Of a DNA stretch of 64,000 nucleotides, positions 1 to 12,149 are shown one piece after another. This DNA comes from Octopus vulgaris (Eukaryota). Both the position numbers and the translations under genes were made by a program. Numbering within the stretch: the stretch's first letter is position 1; every line of letters begins with the position of its first letter. The stretch spans positions 124,062,001-124,126,000 of the forward strand of contig OX597817.1 in NCBI GenBank assembly GCA_951406725.2. Direction: 5' to 3'. Under the pieces are notes generated by a model. The model searched no databases and had not been told where the DNA came from. It was given only the letters and a program-made list of their open reading frames with translations.

Positions 1-229
1 GTATGTATATATCTATATGTGTATGTATGTATATATCTATACATGTATATATGTATATATCTATATGTATATATATATATATATGTATATATATATGTAT
101 ATATCTAAATGCCTATATATATATATATGTATATATGTGTGTGTGTGTATGTATGTATGTATATATATATGTATTTATCAATATGTATATACATATATAT
201 ATGTATATATATATGTATTTATCAATACG

Positions 230-260
<31 letters not shown>

Positions 261-319
261 GTATATATATATATATGTATTTATCAATATGTATATATAT
301 ATGTATATATATATATGTA

Positions 320-368
<49 letters not shown>

Positions 369-390
369 ATATAAGTTTATATACATATTC

Positions 391-452
<62 letters not shown>

Positions 453-460
453 GTTTATAT
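1..460. repeat. Degenerate (TA)n/(TATG)n microsatellite
   Basis: Directly visible; it produces the spurious YI-repeat ORFs. Confidence 0.97.
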
Positions 461-665
461 ATTATCCAAGGTGTATGGTATTATATGTCCATGTGCCCAT
501 TATGACCGATCTTACCAATTGGTTTCCTGCTAGTGATTTAACAGTGTTAGGTAACAATCTGATTATGTAACCCTGCACTCATCAGAGATACCCAATAAGG
601 AATGGAATATGGCAACCGCTCTCTATTGTTGAAAGTGAATAGATACATATGTATATAATTATATA

Positions 666-1584
666 TATGGAGCCATCCCATAACTAATGTGTTTTTTTCA
701 ATTGCATGAACTAAAAGTGAGAGGGGGTGGGATAAACTACTTGCATCAACTTGCTATAAAAGCAGGTTGTAATTTTACCTTGGCTTATTCTTAGTGTAAG
801 TTCTGAAGTGTGCAGTTCGATTTTAACAGTTATTTTTTCAAAGCTACAATGAAAGTGACAAAGGAGCATATTTAGCTTTATGAGTTCAATAAAGGCAACA
901 ACACAATGGAAAGTGTGAGGAATATTAATGCAGTATATGGGGATCAGCCAACATGTGTAAGCCAGTGTCAATGGTGGTTCCAGAAATTCCGAACCAGAAA
1001 CTACAGCCTAGAAGACAAGTCACATCCTGGAAGATCTGTAGAGCTCAATGAGGACATCCTGAAAAACATGGTGGAAGAAATCCCTTCATAAGTGTTGGGG
1101 AACTGACAGAGAAGCATGGATTTGATCATTCAATCATTCATCAACACCTGCGCTAGAAAAAAAAGTGACCATCTTTGGTTTGAAGATGAAATGTCTTCTT
1201 CCATAAGGATAATTGTTCAACCACATATAGCAAGGTTGACATTCAAAAGCTGGAGCAGTTTGAATGGGAAACGATGCCTCACCCACCATATTCACCAGAC
1301 ATTGCCCCATCTAATTATCATTTATTCCACAGTCTTCAAAATCATTTGGACAGAAAAAATATGAATTCTGTAGAAGAAGTCAGAAGAGTACTGGAGGAGC
1401 ATTTTTCCTCATGGGCAAAGGAATTTTGGAAGATGGGCCTTGTAAGTCTACCAGAGAGATAGAAGAGCATTGTTGAAAATGAAGGAGAGTATATTGTAGA
1501 TTAAAAAAAGAACTTCATTTATCTTAACTTTTAAAAACTAAAAGAAGAATCAAAAGGTCACATTATTTATGAGATGGCCCAATA
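666..1584 (+). mobile_element. Mariner-family DNA transposon, internally deleted and decayed
   Basis: Imperfect TIRs TATGGAGCCATCCCATAACTAATGTG (666-691) and CACATTATTTATGAGATGGCCCAATA (1559-1584), both ending in TA. ORF pieces carry the mariner HTH (QCQWWFQKFRTRNYSLED...GRS) and PHPPYSPDIAPSNYHLF. Confidence 0.92.
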
Positions 1585-3680
1585 TGTGTATCCGAAGTAT
1601 TCAAGTTGAGTGTTCAAGTGGTCTTTAGAGTACATGATATTCTAGTAGCATTCTCCACTGTGCATAAACTCACATTTTTGTCTGCTATTTTCCCCTTATT
1701 CTTCCCTTGTGTTGCATTTGTTGCAAGCTGCTTTTAGATAAAGTAGTAAACATCTGTTTCTTCATTCGTAAAAGAAGTGTAATTACAAATCACTTTTGTT
1801 CTTAGTTCTCTTCTGATCCTCTTGGTATGTTTTCTCGTGTTCATTTTTTTGTTTTGGGGACTGGATTTTGCTTTATATGCTACTTCAGTGCTGCAAGCAT
1901 GTTTAAGTTAGCATGTCTTTCTTCCTTTAACTTGCAAACACTGAGGTCTTCAATCAAGCAGTATTGTTTAGTATCTATACTTTCTCATTCAGAACTTAAC
2001 TGTTTTGTTCTCATTACGTTTCTAGAATGTATTACAAATGCTTTCTGAAGCTTCTTTTCTACAGCAAGTTGTTTGGAGGGAACATTTAGTAATTGACACA
2101 AGAATAATTTCAAGGCCTCTTTAGAAGACTTCAGCATTAATCCAAAGTTCTAAGAGGAAATCCTTATCAATGAAAGATGAATGTGGTGCAGTCACTACCA
2201 AAATTATGCCATATCATCTAAGCAAAGTTGAGCAGAAGAAGGAGCTATAAAAGATCAGAACAATCACTACATTCCAATGATGCTTAGACCATATCACTCC
2301 ATGCTCAGCATTACCTTACATGTTCATATTGGGGTTGACGGATATACAATCTAACTCTTTTGGATTCGTGAATAATGTCATGATTACTTTTCATGTTTAC
2401 AGAGGAGCAAGTAATAAATATGTGGAATGCTTTTCAAGAGGCTTTCTTTGATGTACTAGAAGGGAAATGGCTATCTTAGCCCTAATTATGTTGATTGGGT
2501 ATTGTTAGCCTGTAGAGAAAGTAAGCCTATAGTCAGGCTTGTTGCCAGACATTGGTACCTAGGGGTGGTTCAGAATATTCTGGGTGGGCACTACTTTGTA
2601 ATAATGTTAAAGTGGAGTTTAAAAATAAGTGTATCACAGTAAATCTGAATGTGCACCATTGAATAGAGAGGGGGAAGCACTGTTCAGTGAATCCCCTTAC
2701 CAACGGGCATGATTATAATGAATGCCTTACAATATTTGTATATCTGAGCTCAAATATCCAACATATCATATTTCTGGTATCAGTGTCGCATGTATTATTT
2801 GTGATCTCTTCATATTTACAATGCAGCACCACAGTAAAATATAAATCAGTATTATTATGAGCTAATAAAAGAGAGATCTCTTAATGATTGTCTGCTGTGC
2901 AGTACTTGTTCCTGTTGTGCTGTATTTTGTGAGCTTTTGTGTGACAGCAATATGTCACACAATTTAAAACTAATGCCTTGTTCTTGGATAACTTTGGTGA
3001 AATTCACTCAGATAGAAACATTTAAACCAAACGCACAATTTGAGACCATGAGAACAAATTCCTCCATTCTTCCCACCAACTTCGGAATCCTTGATGAAAA
3101 AAACTAAAAATAATAATGAACCATAGGCACAACCTCATTCTTTCTTGCTAAAAGTAAAAAAAAGGTGAATTTTTTCTATTTTGCTGGGATTTTCCTTTTT
3201 TTTTTTTTTTTTTGCTCCACTCACTTCAAAAATGTGGATAGAAACTTTTTTTAAGCCATCATTTTCACCTTGTAGCTTCATGACAACCATCACCATTGAA
3301 AAAATATTTTGCATCATGTAATCATTTTCCATATTCTGAATTGCTTGTGATCCAAATATTTTGAGGAAACAGATTAAATCCATACATTTAAAATATGCCT
3401 TTTTCCATAAAGCAATGACCACAACTGAAATGATTGTTTTACATTTTTATCTTTGAATGTATTCCGAATTTCAGAAACTCTTGAAATTCACATTGAAAAA
3501 GTGGACATGTGAGAAACGAAATCAGGATTTTGAAAGAAGTATCAATAAAACGATAATTATAGTAATTCAGAATGCAGGAAAGAATATTTTTAAGAAAAGT
3601 ATAAAGGAGACATAAATATTTCGTCTTTTCCTCCTGTTTATTGTAACAACAGTTTGTCAGAGCAGCACCTTATCCTAAGT

Positions 3681-4500
3681 CAACGGTTCTTAAACTGGGA
3701 TCATGACCTCTAAGGGATGGGTCATTAGGGGTTTCTCGAGGGTGGGTCAAAGAGGGCTTGGGAAGAAGTAATTTATTTATTGCAGCATCATGTATTGCAA
3801 CTGCTAATGGTATCATGACTGTATGTGCTTCATTCCTGCTCTGTGACTCCCATGGCACTTTGCATTCCAAGACTCGTTTGTTGTTTATTAATCTCTGGTC
3901 TGTGTGATTGGTGTGCTAGAATGAGTGTAGTGTTGCATATCACTGCTTTGTAAAGGTGTATATTGCACTTGCCCGTGCATTGTTAAGTTGTTTACTTCAA
4001 TGTTGTTGCATCTATTATTCTGCGATGTTGCTTATTATACTTACTGAATACACTTAATAAAGTAACATTTACATTGTATACTGGGTTGTTATTTTCCCGT
4101 TCGCAGTATGTCTGCCAAGAAACATACATACAATGAGGCCTTTCTCAAAATAAGGTTCACAAATATCGTTCAGAACTTTGTGGTCAAACCGCAATGCGTC
4201 ATTTGCGCCAAGGTTTTGAGTAACGAATGTACGAAGCCAAGCGAACTGATGATTCATTTTATGACTTGCTACAGCCAATTGGTGGACAAAAGCTTGGACT
4301 ATTTCAAGTGAAAAGAAGCTTCTCTAAAGGGCAGTCACATCAATTTCGCTGGTCACTTCGCCCGTCAGAACAAAGCAACGTTGGAGGCTTCGTAAAGAAT
4401 TGTTCCAAAAATCGTGCAGACCAAGAAGCCTCATATCATTGGTGAAGATCTGATTAAGCCTTGCATTCTGGAAGCAACAAAGGTGATTTTTGGAGAAAAG
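3681..4500 (+). mobile_element. hAT (Buster/ZBED5-ZBED8-like) transposon, 5' fragment
   Basis: Starts CAACGGTTCTTAAACTG (hAT-type end). BED-finger peptide KPQCVICAKVLSNECTKPS is followed by KKPHIIGEDLIKPCILE; broken by a stop and truncated at ~4500. Confidence 0.85.
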
Positions 4501-6507
4501 TTTAAAATATTTGTCTCCGGTGGGATGAAAGTCGGTCTGTAAAATTAAATTTGATGGTAATTATGTCAACATCAATAAGGGAACTACTACTATATTCTTG
4601 TTTTTCTCATAATCTAATTTTTATGTTGAATACAAAAGAGTTCTTACAGTACGGAAAAAATATGAAAAAGAGGTTAAAAAATTGAAACTATAACAAAACA
4701 CTCATTTTAATTGTTTTGTTTAAATATGAATTTCAAGTGTTTCAGAACATGAAATACAATAAAATTACTAAAAACATGAAAATGGTGCTTGGGGCTATCG
4801 CATTCGTTAGACAGATCATAGTTAAATGGCATGAACTTTAGTTGCGTGCAGTCCCATGATAAAACCAGATCTAATGTTGTTTAAATAACATTTGTTCTAT
4901 AGAAGTATATCACCATATTTACATGATTACATAGTTGTATATTGTGGTGGGCTAGAAGCAAAGGTAGTTCATAGTTATATTAATAAGAGAAAATATAAAC
5001 TTCGCATGGGAGTAGGAAAAATTCTCTGTTCATCATAGTCGACGATTCATTTAACCTAAGGTTGAGTTGCAATGAACGAAACTTGTCTGTTTAAAGAGTT
5101 TGTTGTCTGCGTAGCCTATGTGCGTCTCTGGTTTTTATAACTAAGAATTGGCTAGCTAATTATTTGCATGGCAAAATGTAAGGGTATTGTGTTCAAGGTA
5201 CGTACTTGGAAAAGTACATTGAAGATGATGTAATCCTTTTAAATACAGGTCAAAAAGGGACCAGGAATCTTGTGTTAATCTACTACCTATGTTAGGATAA
5301 TTATTTCTCAAGAACGCCGTATATTTATTAGAGCATAGTTCTATTTTTACTACATAACATTTTCAAAGATTCCACGATCAATTTCTTTTCATGTGGAAGC
5401 TGCAGTTTCACACGAAATTTACGCATCCATGGATCCAATTTTCCTGAGTAGTTCACTTCGTAGTTTATAATCATGTCTTCGTTTATTACTTAAGTCCATA
5501 TTTGACGTTCAAAATTTCTCTTAGAGTTCCTATGCTTAGATGGTTATGCTCATTTGATTTCATTAAATTCATGTGGCTAAATACTTTCTCCACATCAGCA
5601 TATATGTGATAAAATGAAAAGTGTTAAAGCTAGATTAAACGAATGTTTGAATACATGTTCACCACTTGAATCCTTATTAGATGATACTTTAATCCAGAAA
5701 GAAACTCTGAAACTAGTAACCATCGTACATTTACAAAAATAAAAAAATCATTTGAAAATCAATTTCCGTCAGAATTTCTGAACCTTCATTAAAATGCTTT
5801 TCAAGGTCAATAATTTCAAGATTTACTGGTTTGAGAAATCCTGTTACACTAAAATAATTCATTGATTGTAAAAGACGAAAATTATACGAAAGACACTGTT
5901 ACTGTTTCATTTGCTCCACAACGTCGACAACAAATTTTATGCATCGGCTTCATACTTCATTTTCTTTCTTGTTCAGTAGATTTTACACCCTGAAATTTTC
6001 TTCTCAAATTGCTATGCAAGATACGGCTTCGGCGTTAAATAACCTTGCACTGAATTATTCTCCTTTTAGCTTTTTTAGTTATTGAACTGAGTAAATCAGA
6101 GAGAGGTCGAAGATCATTCAACAATTTAGTGGGGCTTTGTGTTTCTACTTCAGATATTTTATTAACTTAAAACATAAGAAGAGATATGCTTTAAAAGAGG
6201 AGAAAAACTGATGTTTTATCACATAATTTTTCTGCCTGAATTCCGCACAGAAAATTCCGAATTTCACATCAATGTAAAAGCACTAAATTATAATTTTGAA
6301 AAACACACTTAAACCACATGTATACGTAACTCGATGTATTTTCGAGTTCGAAATAGTAAAAAGGCACTAAATTTAGTGCAAAAAAACATTGAACCCTTTC
6401 TGTTAAACTGTGTGAAAATATGGAGACCCCTTTGATTAATTAGTGACTGTTCATATACAATGATCGTCTTCAGTTACATTTGAATACACACAGAGGGAAT
6501 TAGTATT

Positions 6508-7040
6508 TTATAAATAGCACATATTTTGGTTAATGTTGACATTATTACCCGGAAACGAAATCGGAAAAAAAAAAGTAAAATGGGTGTAAAAAAAGGTATA
6601 GAAAACGAATCTGAAAACAAAAATGTGCGGAGAGCAGCGGGGTGGGGTGGGGCGAAGGCGAGGCCTTCAGAAAATTCACAAGATCCGATGTTTTTTTCAT
6701 AACTTTTAAGAAAATTGCTTTTTTTTTTAATGAAATTTTATATAAGCACCTTTCAGACGGTATAGATTACAATTATAAAGAAATTTGTGGGGAACATCGT
6801 TTCCGAGGGGTAAGGAGAGGACTTTGGAAAATTCACAAGTACCGATGTTTTTCCCTCATAACTTTAAGGAAAATGGATATCTTTCTACTTCACACCAGCG
6901 TTGGAAACGAATCTGAAAGCAAAAATGCGTGGAAAGCAACAGGAGAGGACTCTGGAAAATTCACAAGATTCGTTAGATCCGAGTTTTCCCCTCGTAACTT
7001 TGAGGAAAATATAATCCTTTTGAAATCACAAATTAGGCTT
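6508..7040 (+). repeat. Foldback-like repeat with internal subrepeats (AAAATTCACAAGATCCGAT...ATAACTTT), left copy
   Basis: Reverse-complement matches to 11620-11920 and 12513-12605. Confidence 0.7.
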
Positions 7041-7049
7041 TTCCTCAGG

Positions 7050-7050
<1 letters not shown>

Positions 7051-7100
<50 letters not shown>

Positions 7101-7111
7101 ATATATATATA
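7051..7111. repeat. (CA)n + (TA)n microsatellite at the 5' junction of the RLE element
   Basis: Directly visible. Confidence 0.95.
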
Positions 7112-7186
7112 TGAAATCACTCACTCGCTCCATCTGACCCATGACATTGCTGTGCCATTGGAAGTTTAGTTACACAAAGTATATTC

Positions 7187-7308
7187 GAAGACATCTCCGA
7201 AAGGGGGTGCCTGCCTCGTCAAAACGGTAGAGGAGTAGGGGCCGAAACCAGACGTGGTTCCTCAAGGAGCTGTTGTGGTAGCAGACCACGAAACACGGTT
7301 GTAATTCC
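7187..7308 (+). repeat. 5' copy of the terminal direct repeat (lacks the 32-nt catalytic-box segment)
   Basis: Aligns to 11003-11158 except that 11082-11113 is missing. Confidence 0.93.
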
Positions 7309-7579
7309 TCAGATACTGACTGCAGGGAAAGATTTGCTGACAATCCAGAAAGAGGGATGACAATGTGGGGAGCCGTTTGACAGTACGACGGCGTAACGAA
7401 GGATCAAATGGGCTTGCAGCCCGATCCGGGATATAATTGCAACGAAAAAACATGGAAAATCATGCGCCCATGATCCCGGACCACGGGGGGGGGGATAAAG
7501 AATCAAATAGGGACGGAAAAAACGAAATGGACTTGGACCGGAAATGGATAATGAGAAAGGAAACGGTATAGGAATGGTA

Positions 7580-10500
7580 GATGAGGAGTTCAGCTGCCGC
7601 GGAAAGGTGTTTGCTAGTTACATCGGGCTGAGAATCCACCAAAGGAAGGTGTGTCAGAAGAAAGTAATTTAACAACGCGGGTTGATAAACCATATGACGT
7701 GTGGCCAGAACCCCCTGGAAAATAACCATAGCGAGGTTCATTCCACAGTTGAATTGGAACAGTAAAAAAAGACTGATAGGCGTGAAGAGGACAAAGATTA
7801 AGTGGCCGAAAGCAAATGACGCAGCGAGTTATAAAAAAATTGACGACGAGGTAGCAAGAATGACCATCAAATTCAAAGGCGACGACGAACAAAAGCTCGA
7901 AAACCTGACTAATACAATCTACTAGGAAGGAGAGAAAAGATTTGGACTGGAAACAACAGGGAAGGTAGAATCAACGGCAAAGCGCGGACCATCGAGGAGA
8001 GAAAGACGGATCGCAAAGATTCGAGAAGAGAAGAAAAACTCAGAACCAGATGGATGTATGCAAAGGAGGAGGAAAGAGAAGGGCTAAAGCAGCTATATGA
8101 AGAGATAAAAATGAGGCATCGAGAGCTGCTAAGAAAACAAAGAAGGAGGAGCAGAAGAAAGGAGAGAGAGAAAAAACTATCGTAGCTTTGTGAACAATCC
8201 CTATCAATATGCGAAACATCTATTTACTGAAAGTAAAAGCGGAAAATTGGATTGCACGAAAGAAGAGCTCGAACAACATCTGAAAGAGACATACAGTGAC
8301 TCTGACAGAAATGAAGTACTCCCAGAAATACACGGACTGAAGAAACTACCTGAACCAAGAGTGCCATTTGATTTGGGTGACATCAAACGGAAAGAAATAG
8401 ATGAGTTCATATGAAAAGCAAGAGCAAAAAGTTCACCAGGGAACGATGGAGTGAGCTACAAGGTATATAAATATTGTCTGAAATTACGTTTGCAGCTGTT
8501 TGCACTGATAAGAGAAATGTGGAAGTAGAAAGATGTAGCGGAGCGATGATGTATAGCTTAAGGTATCTATCTACCTAAAGAAAAAGAGGCAAAAACACTA
8601 GGTCAACTTAGACCAATTTCACTATTAAATACTGACGGGAAAAATCATGTTTGGAATAATTGCTAGACGTACAGCATAACGGGTACCTTAATGAAGCAAT
8701 CCAAAAAGCAGGAATCCCTGGGTGCATAGAACACGCATTTGCCATCTTGGAAGCCATCACCTGTGCAAAACAAATGAAGAAAAAGCTGTATATTGTTTGG
8801 CTAGATCTTGCCAATGCTTATAGATCTGTCCCGCAGGCAATAATAATAACAGCGATGGACTTCTTTTGGATTCCAAAAGATGTTCAACGAATGTTCATGT
8901 CGTACAACGACAACCTGAGGATGAGATTTACAGCAGGAAAGTTCACAACGGAGTGGCAACGGCTTGAAATAGGTATTGCAGCCGGATGCACGATATCAGT
9001 CATCTTATTCGTGCTAGTCATGGAAATGTTACTTAGATCTACAAGCTGTGAGAAAGCTGTTACAAAGATACCATTAAGGGCTTTTATGGACGACGTAACT
9101 ATATTATTGCAAAGTAGAGAAGCAGCAGAGGGAACGTTAGAGCGGTTGGACGAGCTGATAGGATGGGCAAGGATGAAATTCAAAGCCAAAATATCTCGAA
9201 GCGTGGCTTTCGTGAAAGGAAGGCAAGAAGAAATAAAATTCAGGATAGGAGGTGAAGACATACTAACGGTGAAAGAACAACCAGTAAAGAGTCTCGGCAG
9301 ATGGTATAGAGATTTATTAAATGATAAGAAGCAAGGGAAAGAAACACACGAGTAGAACAAGGATTAAAGGCAATTGACAGATCAAGGCTGCCGGGAAAAT
9401 TCAAATGTTGGATACTGCAATTTGGGCTGAACCCAAGAATAATGTGGCCATTGCAAATGTACGAAATAGTCTCGAGTAGTGTAGAAAGGATGGAATAAAG
9501 ATGCAGTGTGTTTATCAGAAAATGGCTTGGTCTGCCGAAGCCACTGAATACAAATGCACTATATGGAAAACCCGTGCTGCAACTACCAATAACATCAATC
9601 GCCGAAGAATATAAGGCAGGAAAGGCAAGGACAGTAATGATGCTAAGGTATTCAAAAGATCAGAGCATCCGCGAAAACTCCCCAAAGGTACGAACAGGGA
9701 GAAAATGGAAGGCGGAAGAGGCAGTAAACAGGAAAACTAAGGCATGCAGATATAGTCGGAGCGAGGCAAGAAACAAGAACCGGCCTAGGGTCGCAAAATT
9801 TCAGGCCATTTTGCAAGAGCAGTATAAAAGAGATGAAAGAGGCAGTATGCGAAGTGAGAAAGGAGGAAGAAGAAAGGCGAAATGTACATTTGGCGCAATG
9901 CAGTCAACAGGGACAGTGCCTGAGATGGGAGGAATATGTGATCAACCGCAGAATATCATGGAAGGAACTTTGGGCTTGGGAGCAAGCAAGAACATCCTCC
10001 CTGATCAAGTCTACCTTCGACGTTCTACCCTCACCGGCGAACATAAAAACAACCGATGAGTGTAGATGCGGAGAGAAAGCGACGGTTAGATATGTTCTGT
10101 CAAATTGCAGACTAGCACTAGAAAGATATACATGGCGGCATAATCAAGTACTCGGCGTCATAAGCGCAGCATTCAAGGAGAAGATCGAGAGGTACAATAG
10201 GGGAGAGTACCCAAAAATAGAAAAGCGCAGTAAAGTATACTTCCACAAGGAGGGAAAAGGATATAAAACCAGGCCTACAAGTAAAGTATACGAGATAGAC
10301 GAAAGATGGAAGGGATACTGGGAGGTGGCCACGGACTTGGAAAGACAAGTAATATTTCCACTAAAAGAAACAACAAAAAGACCGGATTTAGTCCTATAGA
10401 ACAGAGACCGGAGAATAGGAATTTTACTAGAACTGACAGTACCTTGGGAAGAGAACATCGGCAATGCAGAGGAACGAAAGGAGAAGAGGTACGAAAAACT

Positions 10501-10711
10501 AATCAAAGAATGCAGAGAACAGGGATGGAATGTTGAATATTATCACATGGCAGCGGGGGCTAGAGGCTTCATTGAAAAGAAAATGACAACGCTTTTCAAA
10601 AGAAGATTTGTTTTTTCTAGCTCCGAGCTGCGAAAACTAATAAGAAGAGTACAGGAGGCGGTCGAAAAAGCCAGCTTCTATATATGGCTGAAGCAGGAAG
10701 ACCGAAAATGA
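7580..10711 (+). pseudogene. RT-RLE polyprotein pseudogene (several stops and frameshifts)
   Basis: N-terminal zinc finger SCRGKVFASYIGLRIHQRKVC (~7592-7654); RPISLLN; QKAGIPGCIEH; WLDLANAY; GIAAGCTIS; AFMDD; CRCGEKATVRYVLSNC...RYTWRHNQVL; RPDLVL...ELTVPWEE...RKEKRY; ASFYIWLK. FMDD and YTWRHNQVL are typical of Hero-clade proteins. Confidence 0.92.
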
Positions 10712-11042
10712 CTTGAAAGTCATAACACGCCGGCGGGAAATAACATCATTAGGTGAGACAAGCTAACACTGAATCAGCTTCGCTGACTGACAGGTGACGG
10801 TCGTTTAGAGAATGCGCGGGCTAAAACTACGCGCCTTCACTAGCCACGTGACAACTTGCTGGGGCTGTCTGCTGGAGCCCAGCGGCAGGCATTTAAAGGG
10901 AAAAATTTGACAAGTCAGTCAGTCACCGGTTGACACTCGCTGACGATACATCGAAGAGGCCAGGGAACAGAAGAAAGAAGACATGCACCCAACACCAGAG
11001 CTGAAGACACCTCCGAAAGGGATGGGGGCCGCTACGTCAAAA

Positions 11043-11094
11043 CGGTAGAGGAGTAGGGGCCGAAACCGGACGTGGTTCCTCCTGATGATGTCTT
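11043..11094 (+). ncRNA. Putative hammerhead ribozyme, non-circularly permuted topology
   Basis: CGG-UA (11043-47) pairs with A-CCG after GAA (11062-68). GAGGAG (11048-53) pairs with UUCCUC (11076-81), which directly precedes CUGAUGA (11082-88). GUCUU (11090-94) pairs weakly with GGGGC (11056-60). Confidence 0.65.
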
Positions 11095-11102
11095 GAGCTA
11101 AC

Positions 11103-11159
11103 TGGATCCGATGAAGTAGCTGTTGTGGTAGCGGACCACGAAACACGGTTGTAATTCCA
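11103..11159 (+). ncRNA. Putative second hammerhead (type I, U4-to-C variant)
   Basis: UGGAU-CCGAUGA-[irregular stem II AGUAGCUGUU GUGGU AGCGGACCAC]-GAAA-CA cggu UG-UA-AUUCCA. Confidence 0.4.
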
Positions 11160-11619
11160 CCATGAAATGTGTGTGTGTCTCTCTCACTCTCGCCACACAA
11201 AACTGAAACGTATTAGTTTGCCCGTTTAAAATTTCGGCATGAAAAATTTCTAAAGGAAAGTGAAAACATTGGATACCATTTGAAAACTGATTTTTAAGAG
11301 GTATGTAAACGACATTTTGTTTTAATATAATACTTTGTTTCACACACACATACAAACGCTAACGTGGTTTTTATAAGGATTTTGTATCATTCTGTCCAGA
11401 CTTCGTTACCACTAATTTCTATAAAGGCGCACTTGTAAAATTTTAACGAAATTTTAAAGAAAGAAACAGCCCGTGTTTTGTGGCATATTGGGTCACCGTA
11501 ATTCATTCATCGAAAAAGAAAGAGAAACATTTTCTAATAATTCTGGTTTCCTGCCCCCACTTTTTCCAAAGAAAAATAAGGAGTTTGTGGCGCATTAGAC
11601 ATCCTTAATGCATGCCGTT

Positions 11620-11920
11620 TAAAAGGTATTTATATACAATTTCGTTAAAAGACACCCATTTTCCGCAAAGTTACGAGTGAAAAACATCGGATCTTGTGAA
11701 ATTTCCGAAGTCCTCTCCCCTACCCCCTCGGAAAAGAATTTCCCCACAAATTTCTTTATAATTTTAATCTATACCGTTTGAAAGGTATTTATATACAATT
11801 TCATTAAAAAACTCATTTTCCTAAAAGTTATGAGGGAAAAACATTGGATCTTGTGAATTTTCTGAAGGCCTCTTCCCCCGCCCATTGCTCTTCGCACATT
11901 TTTGTTTTCAGATTAGTTTT
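11620..11920 (-). repeat. Foldback-like repeat, inverted counterpart of ~6600-6880
   Basis: For example GGATCTTGTGAATTTTCTGAAGGCCTC is the reverse complement of GAGGCCTTCAGAAAATTCACAAGATCC (6660-6686). Confidence 0.75.
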
Positions 11921-12149
11921 TGTAACGAGAATGTGTGAATATCTTCTCTGGACCTTTTGGGGGTGCGAGAAGCAATCACTTTCCGTTGCTTTAATAATCC
12001 AGAATTCTACCCGTCAGAAACAAACAAGACGCAAACGTAAAATATATATAACTACTTTATTTTCTTATGTGGTAACAGATAATTGGTGTATCTGGCATCC
12101 CTTTGGTATAGTCGTGTCTCAGCTGAACCTTATCGCTGTAAAATAAGAA

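Larger units (their letters stand above)
7118..11161 (+). mobile_element. Near-full-length non-LTR retrotransposon with restriction-like endonuclease (R2 group, Hero-like), carrying terminal direct repeats
   Basis: One long decayed ORF (zinc finger, RT, CCHC-like, PD-(D/E)xK). Direct repeats at 7187-7308 and 11003-11158. Possible 7-bp TSD ATGAAAT at 7111-7117 and 11162-11168; exact ends uncertain. Confidence 0.88.

Noticed and set aside
3-570. Long YI/IY-repeat ORFs (also 17972-18319, 39866-40238, 61159-61686)
   Set aside because: Translations of (TA)n/(TG)n microsatellites, which lack stops by construction.
3135-3424. Minus-strand ORF with possible splice sites (tttcag ... GAA|gtgagt)
   Set aside because: No recognisable domain and no partner exons; cannot be supported as a host exon.
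7205-7260. HDV-like, twister or pistol reading of the terminal repeat
   Set aside because: The required P1/P2 or pseudoknot pairings could not be built; the hammerhead register fits better.
11001-11030. CTGAAGA...GAAA as a third hammerhead
   Set aside because: That GAAA is a tetraloop of CATCTCC/GGGGGTG in the 5' copy, and no matching stem III and cleavage triplet were found.
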